From the NCBI RefSeq assembly GCF_000143415.4, contig NW_003314271.1:2502285-2566284 (forward strand): a DNA stretch of 64,000 bases, given 5' to 3'. The notes below the pieces were generated by a model. It saw only the letters and a program-made list of their open reading frames with translations, had not been told where the DNA came from and did no database searches. Shown in pieces: positions 22,086 through 34,323 of the stretch. Numbering within the stretch: the stretch's first letter is position 1; the number at the start of each line of letters is the position of its first letter. Source of the stretch: Selaginella moellendorffii. Its lineage: Eukaryota > Plantae > Lycopodiophyta. The position numbers and the translations under genes were made by a program.

Positions 22086-23559
22086 ATGGAGTGTGAGCAG
22101 CCCTTGATCAGCAACAACAGCACGACGGATCCGGCGATCAAACTGTTTGGCAAGACGATCCCCCTACTGTCGGACAAGCCCGCCAAGAATCACCCGCAAT
22201 TCCACCAGCAGCAGCAGCAGGTGGGTGTCGCGAATTTGCGGTTGCGATGGAAAATCACTTGGGCATTGCCTCGGGAATTCGTTTCTTGTTGATCTTAGGA
22301 GGTCGTGGACGAGTCGAGGGACGAGGAAGCGATCACCGAGGACGATCACTCTCCTCCGGCCGAGCAGGAGGAGGTGATCGAGGTGGTCGATCACCAGGAG
22401 GAGGATTACTGCGACATTGATGAAGGGCCAGTGGATCAAAGCCCCGCCGCCGCCGCCGCCACCGCCACCACTACGTCCACCGATCTACAACAAGCGCTAG
22501 ATCGCAAGGATGGGGGCAGTGGCGGCGATAATGGCGGCGATCAGCAGCAGCAAAAGCCCAAGAAGCCCGACAAGCCTGTCGCCTGCCCCCGCTGCGACAG
22601 CATGGACACCAAATTCTGCTACTACAACAACTATAACATAAACCAGCCGCGCCACTTCTGCAAGAACTGCCAGCGCTACTGGACATCCGGCGGTACGCTG
22701 CGCAACGTGCCCGTGGGTGCCGGGCGGCGCAAGAACAAGCACCACCACCACCATCATCACCACCACCACCATACCGCCGGCGGCGCCGGCGCCGCCGCTA
22801 CACCTGCCGCCGCGGTACCGCCCGGTAGCCAGTGGCACCAGCACCACGCCGCCGCGGCGCACGCGGCGGCGCTCAACTACGGGCAGCAGCACGCGCTCAA
22901 GATCATACCGCCGCTGCAGATCCTCCAGCAGCAGCACGACGAGGGGAGTATCGTCACCAGCGCCGGCGGCGTGCCGCCGAGTAGCGTCACGACACCGAAG
23001 AGCGCAGGCGGTAAGAATGCCGGGGAGATGAATTGCTATGCTTTCCAGTTTGGATCGCCGCGGCACCAGCAGCAGCAGCAGCAGCAAACGAAGCGGTGCC
23101 CGAGCCAGAGCAGCAACTCCGAGGTCACTGTTTGCGGGGGTTCGTTCTCCTCGCCATCGCCAAGTAGCAACAATAGCAACAAGAAGAAGAGTATCACCAC
23201 TACCACTACCACCACCACCACCACCACTGGTACCGCCAGCGGTACCACCACCGACAACGCCGCCAACAACTCGGGAGTTTGCGGGATGGACAAATGCCCC
23301 GAGGAGGCAAATGCCGCGGCGGCGGCGGCGACGGCTGCTGCCGCGGCTGCCGCGGCGGCATGGGTCCTCCCAATGGGTTTTCTGGGTGGTAAGAACGGGC
23401 AGCACGCGATGCCTTACCACCAGGCCGGCGGTGCGTGCGGTATACCGTGCTGGCCTTCGCCGGTACCGCCGGTGCTGGCGGCGGCGGCCGCGGGGCAGTG
23501 GAGCATGCAGTGGGCGGCGATGGCGGCGGTGGCGGCGGCGGCGAATGCCAGCGCCAACA

Positions 23560-23590
<31 letters not shown>

Positions 23591-23914
23591 GGCCATGGGC
23601 GGCACGAAGCGCCCCGTGGAAAAATCCGACGGTGGGTGTTTGTGGGTGCCGAAGACGCTCCGGATCGACGATCCGGGCGACGCGGCGAGGAGCTCCATCT
23701 GGGCGGCGCTGGGCGTGGATCGAAAGCACACTGTTTTCCAGCACTCCTCAGGTACCAAAGTTTTGCTCCGCAACTTATCATGTCCATTTTTCTTGAAGAT
23801 TTGGACCACCAACACCAACAAAGGATGAAGATGCTCCAGCTCCAGATGCAAGGGGACCAAATCACGAACCCGGCGGCCATGGCTCGATCGGCTTCGTTCC
23901 ACGAGAGCAACTAA
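22086..23914 (+). CDS. CDF: Dof zinc-finger transcription factor, CYCLING DOF FACTOR (CDF) type; introns about 22221-22298 and 23752-23798
   Basis: [13 protein letters not shown] repression motif, Dof domain [51 protein letters not shown], terminal [13 protein letters not shown]. Confidence 0.93.
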
Positions 23915-24441
23915 TCATCCTGGCTCAACTCTCTTCTCTCATTTAAGTTTCTTCGCGCTTGTCCCGTGAAGTTCTTTGGGATTTTCATAAGTTGCCGCAA
24001 GCTGGAGGAGGCATTCCAGTTCTTCGTGCTGGCAACTTACTTCTAATGCTACTGACTACAAAAGCTAGGTAGTACGTTGGGCGTGTAAACTTTTTGTTTT
24101 TATACAGAAGGTGTGACATTGTAAAAAACTATCACTGGAAAGGTAAGGTTTTTTCTAAAACTAGTACATATCAAAGTATATCAACTTGTAAAACAACTTC
24201 CAAAACAAATATCAAGTATCAACTTCCAAAACCAACGTAAAAAAGATTTTCTTTTCTGCTTTGCTCTTGCTCTTTACAAAACATTCTCACATCTTCTATG
24301 TGCCAGAACGGAAAAAAAGAAAAGAAAAAAAAACGAGAAACGAGAAGTTCTACATACCCCGCAATGCTTGAAAACAGCACCAAAACTTCCACCAAGAGCT
24401 TTGTTCCTCGTTTGGAAAGAAGCTTCTGATGGATGGGTGGA

Positions 24442-27010
24442 TCAAACTTTGGCCATGTCTGCCTCGGAGCGCCGGCGATGGTGGTGGTGACTCCCCCCAA
24501 GAACTGGAAGGCTAGACGTCCGCGTGTGAAGCATTTGCTTGGCACACGGCGCTACGAGAGGAGGCGAGCTTTTGTGCGACGATGAGTTCTGGCGCTGGCC
24601 ACAAACTTTATAGACATCAAAACCCATCCGAGGAGTTGCATCGTCCAGTTTCGCCGCTGCCGCCGCCGCCACTGCCGCTCTACTACCAGTACTGCGACGC
24701 TGCTGCACAGCGCGCACCGAGTTCTTGCCGCTGCCACTGTGGTTGCCACCACTGCCGGACTCGAGGGCGGCCATGATATCCGACACTTCCTCCTCGGACC
24801 AGTATCCATCGTCGTTGTCCCCAAAATTGTCGATGAAATCTTCTGTTTCCTCGTCTGATCTAACGCTGCTCTCGCTGACGGATCCTTCTACCTGTGGGTG
24901 ATAGCAAGTTAGAAAAATTTTGAGAAAGAGAGAGAAAGTCTACCTCTTCGTCTGGCTGGAGCTCTTCCTTCTTATCATCTAGTTCCTCATCGCTATCAAG
25001 GCTGAGATTATCATCTTCCGGCTCTTCCTCTTCCTCGCTTACAAATACTGCCGTTTCATCGACTGCCTACGAAAACCAAGATAGAATCTCAGTGCCAGAA
25101 AAAAAGAAACGAAACAAAGGAAGAAAAACGAAAGCTTGCTTGCCTACCTCTTTCTCGGCCACTTCCGCGTGCCTGGGAGAGCTCGACGAAAGAGAACTAC
25201 CATCACCGCCACCCCCACTGCTGCTGGTTTCCCCGGCCTCCGTCGAAAACGCACTCATACCAAAATTGCCAAACTGTAGATTCACGGGACCCGACTTTGG
25301 AGCACTGTCGCCGTTGGAAAGCTTTCCTGTCCCGTCCACCGATTCTATAGGCCACGCCTTGGCCACGGAGCCGTCCACGTTCATGAGAGCCATAAGGTGA
25401 TGCGACGACCCCTTGCGCTGGATAAGTTGGAACATACACTCGGAGCTCAGCGACGACGCGGCGCTCTGGTTCTGATACTCTTGGTCGACCACCTTGACAG
25501 TGTTGGTAGCCGGGTCGCACAGAGCCTCTCCGCCTTCCTTCCTCCTGAGACAAGCAAAGATGGTGGCGTGGATCCCCGCTACGCTCTTGTCCACGTTTGT
25601 ATTGTTCACCTTGGGGACCAGATGCTTGTCCGCACGCTTGAATAAGTATTCCTGGATCGTCCTGATGTTCCGTATATACTTGGCATACTTGTTCTTGGAC
25701 GGGTCCAGAGTCATGTACTTGGCTCGGACCGCAAAGCGCTCCAAGTGTTTCTCCTCGTTGGAAATATAAATCATAAACGGGATGATCGAAGGATGCTTCC
25801 TCATGAGGCCCATCTGGAAACACACAGGAAAAGAGAGCACGTTAGGAGAGAAAAAAAACAAGAAAGAGAAGTTTTTCTAAAAGCACGAGCCACGTTACCA
25901 CAAAGTTTAGACTTAGGTGCACGCCTTCGACGACTACCGACTCGTTCCTGTGCTCCCACGACGTGATTAGCCGGTCTAAACTATCGATGACCATCTCACA
26001 CTGAGCTTTGAATCCCTGGACCACCATCGACTTTGCAGTAGAATCCGAGGAGTTTTTCTCGACTGGCACCTCTGCTTGTTGTTGCAGATCCTTCTCCTCG
26101 ACTGACCCTGATTGATTTGTACCCGCCTTCTTTCTAGCGGTTGCCTCTCGGATAGCAACCGGGTCCAAAAATTCTCCAGCATGATAAGTAGAGGCCCATA
26201 AAAGAGGATTCGACTTCTCGTCCGCAAAACTCCTCATCATGTGACGAATTGAGTCCGTGGACACCACTGTCGTTATTCCCAGTCGGCTAGCCTGGGAAAA
26301 CAGAACAACCAGGGTATAAATCCAGAGAACTACGTCATCGATCTGACTTACCAGCAGGGAAGACAAAGTCGATTTACCGCAGCCGCTTGTGCCGCAAAGA
26401 AGAACCGTGACTGAAGACTTGCGCTCCCTGTATCTAATAGAATGAAAAAAAAAAGAAAAAACGTCTAGCTCGAGGAACAAAAATGTCAAGAAAAACCTAC
26501 CGGCACGCAAGCATCAAGTCGGCCCTTTGATTCGGTCCAACGTATTGATATTGTGCCAAAGCATCGCACACAACATCCAGGAATTTCTCTCGTCCGATAA
26601 CCACCATGGAGCGTTTCTTGCTTCGGGACGCTGGAGGCTTCCGGAAGCTCGACTGCTCCAGGAACTCCTCCGCGATTTCTTGCTGCTCCACTGGATAGCC
26701 ATGGTACTCGAAAACCTTGGAGGGCGGTTCCACGCGTAGCACATCGAAAACTCTCACGCTGATCTACAGTCGAAGGTAAGAAAACTTAGCATCCTGGAAG
26801 AAGAGAAGGCAAAATAATTTTTCCAGGCACCTTGAATGCATGGCGTGCCTTACAGCCCATAAACTGGAGAGTGCTCTGCAAGGCAGCGCGAGTGTACCGA
26901 GAAGAGGGCAAGCGCTTCTTCTGGCTCCAATCTTGATCCACATTTGATCCCTGATCGCTCGGCGCCTCATCGTGCACGATCACATAGAGCAGCTTGGGAC
27001 GCTCCGCCAT
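24442..27010 (-). CDS. LPA1-like (low phytic acid 1; 2-phosphoglycerate kinase-related) P-loop protein; multi-exon
   Basis: [79 protein letters not shown]. Confidence 0.92.
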
Positions 27011-27527
27011 GGCCTCTCGCCCCGATTCCTCGGCCCTCATTTCTCACCCCAGCGGCGGCATTCCCGATTCTCTCTCGGCAAACCGCGTGGAGAGCGCCAA
27101 AACAAGCGCCGAAAACAAAAAACAATCCGATCGAGCGAGCGAGCTTACCAGCCAAAAAGGGGATCGATGGAAGCGAAATTTCTAGAGCGCGGGCAGGGAG
27201 AGCAACGCGATCAAACAACCCTAAAAATGCTTGAATGAGGCACGAGGCTCCTGCCCGCGGCTTAATAAGGAGCCCGAGTCGGCCCGCGGAATAGGCCACC
27301 AGATCAACGGCCAGAGATGGTCCTATGATGCATGCCCACATTCCGGAATGCCCATGGCTTGACTTTTCTGCCCGGGGAAGATTAACTGATCTAACAGGTA
27401 CCAGTGGGTCCCAGAATCTTCGCCCGGATGGATACGATTACGTTATAATTGCATGTGCGCCTGATAGTATATACACTATGCTTGCCACTTGGCAGCAATG
27501 CTGACCGGATGCCCACTGGCATAGCCA

Positions 27528-27581
27528 CACGTGGAGCGACACCCACGTGGGCAAAAAGCCTTACTCGCGGTACGACACGTG
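27528..27581. promoter_or_regulatory. Cluster of three G-box/ABRE elements (CACGTGG)
   Basis: CACGTG at 27528, 27544 and 27576, about 520-570 bp upstream of the LPA1-like start. Confidence 0.5.
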
Positions 27582-28393
27582 GAGTCCAGCGGTCAGCCAT
27601 AGTCAAAGACGCCAGACTTGATTCAAAGATTTTCTCTAAGTATGGAGACATTGAGCGATTTTTTTTTTTTTCTCCTTTTTTTCCTTCTTTCTTTTTTGCG
27701 CTTCCTTTTTCCTGTTCCGGCATGGCGCATTAAAAGTGATCGTCGTCTCGCCTGGTCCCAAAGACCGGAAGAAAAGTGGAATCTCGGGCATTGATGAGCG
27801 CCGCTTTGTTGCGGCAGGCCGTCGCAAAGATCCATCCAGTCGCGGTCGAGAAAGTGAGAGCTCCAGTTGCTGCCTGCTATGGATGAGGAAGAGCTCTACT
27901 TTTCTTTGATACGCCGCCTGAAAGGGACCGACTTAGAAGAGAGATAGAGCGAAAAATCAGAGCTTTAAACCTTAGCTGAGAACCACGAGGCCCAAATGCT
28001 TGAGTGGGATTGAAAAGGATGTAAAGCTTGCGAGCCGTCCACATAAACAACTCCAGAGCCCAAAGCTCACCGGAAGTTGTCAAATTATCGGTCTGTTCGT
28101 GTAAGATTGCTCGGTCCCTACCCCCTTTAAAATCTTGTGAATAAACTTAACAAGTTTAAAGTAGCTTCATTCCTGTGATCCTGTTCCCAGCACTACTACA
28201 ATATCTATCCTCTAGCTTGTCTATCCATACTACTTTTCTTGCGATCCAAATTTGACGAGTAAAGGATGTCCGCGATTCCAGGTACGCGAAGCTTGGTTTT
28301 CTACGCCTGAAACATTCTACGAGTCGAGTGAGGATATACTAAAAACTGCCGAGTATAGGAGATTTTCTTTGTACCTGGCTTTAAAGTGAGACG

Positions 28394-29743
28394 TTACGAC
28401 TCCGTTTTCCTCTTCTTCTTCCGGCTCGCAAAACTGCTCGGTCCAACAGCCAATGCCAAACGCTTCATCCTGTAGAACGAAGTTTACTAGGATTTCCAGT
28501 TAAAGACTGATGGTCATACCGTATTTGTGTTTCGTCTTCATCGGCTGATACAAAATATCCAGTTACAAAAAATTGGAAACATGATGGATCAAGACATTTA
28601 CCTTCGTCGTTCAAGTCGTCACTTTTCTGTCTCGGTTTCTTTTCCTTCCGCTTCCCAGCTTTTAGTTCACCCATAAGAGAGAAATCAGAACAGTCAAAAA
28701 GAAAAAAACTAAAGACACCATACCCTGGCTTTTCTTTTCCTTGTTGTTCATCTTCGTCATTTCTTCCGTCGCAGTCTCATCTGTATCCTTCGGATTCTTT
28801 GTCTTCCGCTTCCCAGCTTCTTGTTCAAGAAAAGTCAGAAGAGCTAAACAAAAGACATGCATTCCATACCTTTTTGCTCCTTGTTCACCTTCATTGCATC
28901 TTCGGTCTCATCAACGGCAAAACCATGCTTCTTTTTTTTCAACTTCTCCTTTCTCTTGGGCTTCTCTGTTGATGAATTCAGACATCACTCTTGGTAAGAA
29001 ACTCGATTTCTTTCAAACAGATTCATACCTTCCTTCTTCGTCTTGATCCGGTTCAGTTGATCACCATCAACCGATTTCTCTGTGCCAAGTAAAAACTAAC
29101 ATGAAAGGAAGTACCAAAAACTCAGGCCTACTTGTCTTTCCCTTCGTCTTCTTGTGTTCGTCCGCATCAGGAGTATCGACCTCCGCGTCACTACCATCGA
29201 CCTCTGGTGGAATCCAAAAGTCCATGTCTTCATTGTCAACACCCTCGTCTTCCATTTCGTGCTCCACATCCGGTTGCGATGGCTTTGAATTTTGCTTCTC
29301 CTCCTGGGCAGCTGCAAAGATGAAACGCAGGAAAAACAATGCTCCAATTCCTGTGAAAACTTGCACAACTTACATAGTTTTTTGTTAAAACTCTTGCCAA
29401 GGACGTGCTTCCAGACCGCCTTCTCGTTCTTGTTGACGAGAGCACCAGTGAGCTTGCAAATCATCTTATCCCTGCGAGCACAACACCAGCAGTCCAATGA
29501 TCCAATCCACGAAACAAGCACGCATTACCTGTATTCCGGGCTCTGCTGGAAGAAATTAAGTGGCGCCCGGCCCTCCTGGAGCGCCCGATCAAACAGAGCG
29601 TCGCGGCATTTCTTGCTAGATCCATACCCCTCCTTCTCCGCCGCTGGCATCTCGTGCCCCGTCTCCACGCAGCGAAACCGCTGCCCGACGATCGCCACGA
29701 ACGTCGGCTCCCCGACTATCGGGGTCTCAGGAGGAGCAGCCAT
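28394..29743 (-). CDS. SURF2: Surfeit locus protein 2 (SURF2) family; many small exons
   Basis: GEPTF...RFRCVETGHEM, PLNFFQQ, ICKLTG..VNKNEKAVWKHV.G, DFWIPP, C-terminal GPSSFASRKKKRK. Confidence 0.88.
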
Positions 29744-29799
29744 CAGAAATAAAATTTAGGGCTTATGGGAATCTTGTACGATAATATTGACGATTTGTA

Positions 29800-30600
29800 C
29801 GGAAACTATGAACTCTAAACCTTAAGCCCTTGTTTTTGAATTTAAGGAGTTAAATCTACTGCCGGATTGGAATTAGCAGCATGAGCACTGGGAACAAAAC
29901 TCCAGCGATTGGTATCCAAGTGATCCCAAAGCAGGCCAGAACAGAAGCCCAGGATTGCCTTGAACTTTGAGGAATGGTAAGTGGCCTTCTTCCACAGCCC
30001 TGGTAGAAGTTCCAACAATGTAGAGAAACCAAGGAGAAGTGATTGAAACTTACAGGTATGGCTTGCTTGGAGCAGTGAAGAAAGGCTTGAATCTTTCCCA
30101 GAACTGGTTTCCTGGAAGACTTTCAATTTACATGAATGCGAAGATGCCCCACTGAAGTTGGGATCTTTCTGATCACAGGCATTGCAACCACGCAAATCCC
30201 GACTAGAGATGATTGGACCAAGTTTCTGACCCTTTGCTCGTCCAGCACTGTGGGAATCATCGCATCAATGTGTTTCTCAATCTGCTCCACCTTGCAAGTG
30301 AAATCCCATTAACAAAAACAAGGATCATGAATGCAAGGCTTGGAGGCTCTAGATTTGATTGTTTTGTTTTTGTTTCTTTCTCAACTATTTCTTGGAGACG
30401 CTGGCTCAGTTCTTGAGATTATTGTTTCCAACCATCAGTATTTTACATAAAATCTATAATGAAGTTCGTATATTATTAATTATAACATAGAAATATTGAA
30501 AGAAATTTCAGGGAAACTTGTTGTTTTAGAGAAGCAAAGCTTGTTTGTTCTTCTTACATTTCCATCTGTTCCATATCTCCAAAATTTTATTTGCTTGCTC
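29800..30600 (-). pseudogene. Decayed partial tandem duplicate of the BOR gene (3' half), with multiple deletions and frameshifts
   Basis: Long near-identical tracts to 34276-35150 (e.g. GAGCACTGGGAACAAAACTCCAGCGATTGGTATCCAAGTGATCCCAAAGCAGGCCA), then a jump to a tract matching about 35735-35790. Intron sequence is retained and the reading frame is broken. Confidence 0.9.
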
Positions 30601-30619
30601 TACTTGCTTAGAACTTGAG

Positions 30620-33600
30620 TTGGTTCCTTAGTTTCATAATTGCCTTGCAATTTTGAGATTTTTAGTCATAATGCTATCCAACTTTGAATCTGAGGTAGTA
30701 GGTGGTCTCGTTTGGATGCACCCACTTGAAGTCTAGTTTGGTACCCTAAGTCGGTAATTAATCCTTATAAAAAGTCCTAAAGTAAAGCCCAAAAGTGTGC
30801 AATGTGGCAGTGGCTAAAGAAGAAGCTAAATGAGCATAATAAATTTAAACTAAAAAATCCAACTTAGAAAGTTGAGAGTGGGAATGGAATTCCCAAAGAA
30901 GTGTTCAAAGAATGAGCATAAAACAATAAATTTCAAAAAGGGGACAATAGAATCACCAACACATGACAAGTGTTGTGATATGAGAAGTGTCAAGATTAAG
31001 CTTAAGATAGAGTTTGAGAAGGAGTTTAAGATGAAATTTGAAAAAGAGTCCAAAATGGAGTTCAAAAAATAATTCAAGAAAGAGTCTGAGAAGGAATCTG
31101 AAAAGGAGTCTAAGATGGAAAAGTCCAAAATAGAGTCTAAGATGCACTCCTAGAAGGAGTCAAAAATAAGGTTTAAAGAGGAGTTTAAGATGGAGTTTAA
31201 GAAGGAATCTAAGATGGAATTTGAAAAAGAGTCCAACAAGGAGGTTGAAACTGGGTCTAAGACTGACACTTAGATTGAGACCCTGAAACTAATTAAAACC
31301 AAGACCAAGGCTAAGATGGAGTCCAAGTTTGAGTTTGAGTCTAAATTCAAATTAAAATCCAAGTTAAAGTCCAAGTTCGAGAGTGAAAGCCAGAAGTGAT
31401 TATTTCCTAAACCCTAAAGGGTTTTGGTAATTCTTGTGGATAATAGAGGGGAGGACTCTAGTGGAATTAATTTGGCTAAGAAAAGCTAATGTGACCAAAG
31501 AAAGTTACATCACGTGGTAAGTGATGATATAACTATTGAATAGTCCAAGGCTAGAGTGAATATAGATGAATAAGTGGGATAACTTAATGAAGTGTTTCAA
31601 AGTTGACTCTAACTCTTTTAAAAGATGTCGTGAATGTGACTTCAAGTATCGAAAGTTATTTGTTGGCTAATCTTTTCAGATATTCTTTCTTTACTACCAC
31701 GGCGGTAGGAGGTCAATATTGCTAGTTCCTTTTATCAGCCCCTCTTGTTTAAGTGTTAGTAAACTAAGCTTAGCATCTATACTTAGCTAGATGGACATAA
31801 TATAAGAACTCTTATGTGTTTCTTGCTAAGCATACTCAGTCTATCTCTTAGTTCTCTTTTGCTCTGTCTTGCATTAGTTTAACAAAAACCCTCGCATATT
31901 GAAACTAGTCCTTCAATATCGCTGGATGATAACTTACCATGTTTACCAAACACCTCATTATCATACCTTTTGTATTAGTTTCGGTCCTAAATGCTATTTA
32001 TGGAAAGTGTCTAGATTTGCTCATTTAGCATATCTACGGAATGTAGAGATTGTTCTGAATACAATGGTATTCTTCCCATGTCAAAATTTGCAATTTAAAG
32101 ATAATCCATATTTAATAAATTACAAGCTTGTCCCAAAGACTAACTTTTGGTACTAAGAGTGGCTAAAGGTGAAAGCCTAAAGCATATGTTGCTAAGGGGG
32201 GGTATAAGGGGTTCTAAATGGATAGTATGTATATCAAGTATGGCCAACCAACTTAAGGTATAGTCTAGCTCTTGCTTGCATGCTTGTTCTTGTTCTGAGT
32301 CCGGCTTGGGTCTAAGCCCAAACTTCACACCATACTAGTTGGTGAAGTACTTATATTCTCATATTAAGCCACCCATATACTGAAATAATCCTAAACTCTG
32401 TTTGGCTCTGTTTTACATGTTGGTTTTGACATTGAGATGTTGGATACTCTAGGACTATTGCAAATCGCTCCATACTCATGTTCCTTCACTCCTTGGGCTA
32501 TATGCTCAAAAGTTGCTTTGTGTTCCACTTCTATTGCTCCGTACTTTAGTTCCATCACTCCATGCTTTAGTTCTGTCGCTCCTTAGCTCCATACTTAGGA
32601 GTTTGGCTCTGTACCTTTGTTCAATGGCCCAAAGCTTTGAAACTTGAGTTCTGCACCATTGTCTTTTGGACACGTGGCATGTGGTATGTTGGCATATGGA
32701 GGGTTTAGGTTCTGCTTCATGGTTATCTTATGGTAAATCACTATAGGATAAAGGGTAAAAATTATATGTGCTACAAGATGATCGATGCTCTCAATCCAAA
32801 TGTAAGGGGCATTACCTATTATATAACTCATTGGAACTTCACTCTAGCCACATAGTTGGGGCACCCTAATGGTGGAAGGTTGGGGGAGTACTCATGAGGT
32901 TTACATTGGGCTATGGTGTTTCAAAATATCATCCTAGAATCCTGGACTATGGAAATAATGAAGAGTGGTCCTCTTGATTAGTGACCAAGGGTATAATTAT
33001 GTAGTGAAGAAGTTTTAAAGGTTAATAAGGCTTAATAAATAGGCTTTCAAGCCCTAGACCAAGAAGGACTTGGTGGCAAGGATATCAAATGATGGTATTC
33101 CTTATGTTTTAGGGCATCTTATGATCATGAGATGACCACTCATGTATGGATGGCCCAATCTTGAAGAGATGAGACTATGTTTTAGGTGGTCTTGGATTAC
33201 TAATGAAACAAGAGCGAATAAATATAACCTTAGCATGATAAGTTAAGATGTTAGTAGTACCTTTGGATTGAAATTAGACATATAGAGCACTTAGACTAAA
33301 TGCAAAACTAATATGGTCTTGAGATTACATCTAGGGGTAAATATTCCAAGGCAAATGAGGACTTATAGAAGTTGTGAGTGAGATTTCTCCAAAAGGTCAA
33401 AGGTCTAAATCTATAGGACTCTAATTATCATATGATTATAAGAGATTAAATTTTCCATTCTACTTTACCCAATTCGTTTTCATCATTGAAGAGGCAAGTA
33501 ATAGCATTATAATAGCTTCAATTGAGTTCTCAATAAGTGATCCATTAAATATTAGATTAGTATTGATGTATTATTTCCTTGAGAGTTTGCCAATCAAATT

Positions 33601-34200
33601 TTGAAAAGAGGTTGTAAAATAAAGAAAATGACATACAAAATCAAGTCTTAATGAAAATTCCTTATTACTTGACATTATAATACCACTATCACTGACACAA
33701 GTGCTAGTAGTGTTAATGCCTCAAATTTATAATACACAATACTAGGTATTCATTTACTTCTTTTCTAATAATTTCAAACACTTTTTAACTCTTTTTTGAA
33801 GGTTTTTTTCATCTTTAACTTCACATCAGATTTTGAAGGTGATGTGATATAGATATATATATAAAATGATTTTTATGATTAATTTTCAGGTATTGATTTT
33901 ACATTTTGTGAATATTAATATTAGATTTAGATGTATGGGCATGTTGTTAAATGTATAGGCAAATTATTGGGTCATGAGAATTTAAATATATATGAAGTTA
34001 TAGATAAGAGAAAGTTTGTTGAGTCTTGAAAATTTACACTTCTAGATTGAGAGTCATTTTTTATTTATGATGGAAAGATTTTCACAAATTTTTCAGCTTT
34101 TTCCAATAATTAATTTATTAATTATTTTTCTTGAAAACCATTCCATTTTCGTAAACTATTGCAAACTAGTTGAAGTTGACTTCAATTAATTTGAGCCTTA
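30620..34200. mobile_element. AT-rich, CpG-depleted degenerate block, probably nested retroelement remnants
   Basis: Abrupt fall in GC and CpG, no intact ORF, PPT-like CTAAGGGGGGG followed by TATAAG at about 32192-32208, internal degenerate repeats. Confidence 0.55.
30990..31385 (+). repeat. Degenerate 12-bp (then 6-bp) tandem repeat, consensus about GAGTYYAAGAWG
   Basis: Repeated gagtctaagatg / gagtttaagaag / gagtccaaaatg units. Confidence 0.85.
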
Positions 34201-34323
34201 TACAGTAAAATCACTACCCAAGAATCTCCATGAATGTCAGCTCCCAGACAATCAAGGTCTTAGGAGGAATATGGGAGAAACTACAAACACTAAACCTGAA
34301 GCTCAAAATCTTTGTCATTGAAT

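Noticed and set aside
22497-23744. 415-aa antisense ORF and other long alternative frames over the Dof gene
   Set aside because: Shadow frames of GC-rich, triplet-repeat coding sequence; no domain signal.
9723-27010. SULTR3-like and LPA1-like genes (both linked to low-phytate phenotypes in rice) as a functional cluster
   Set aside because: Separated by several unrelated genes; proximity is explainable by gene density.
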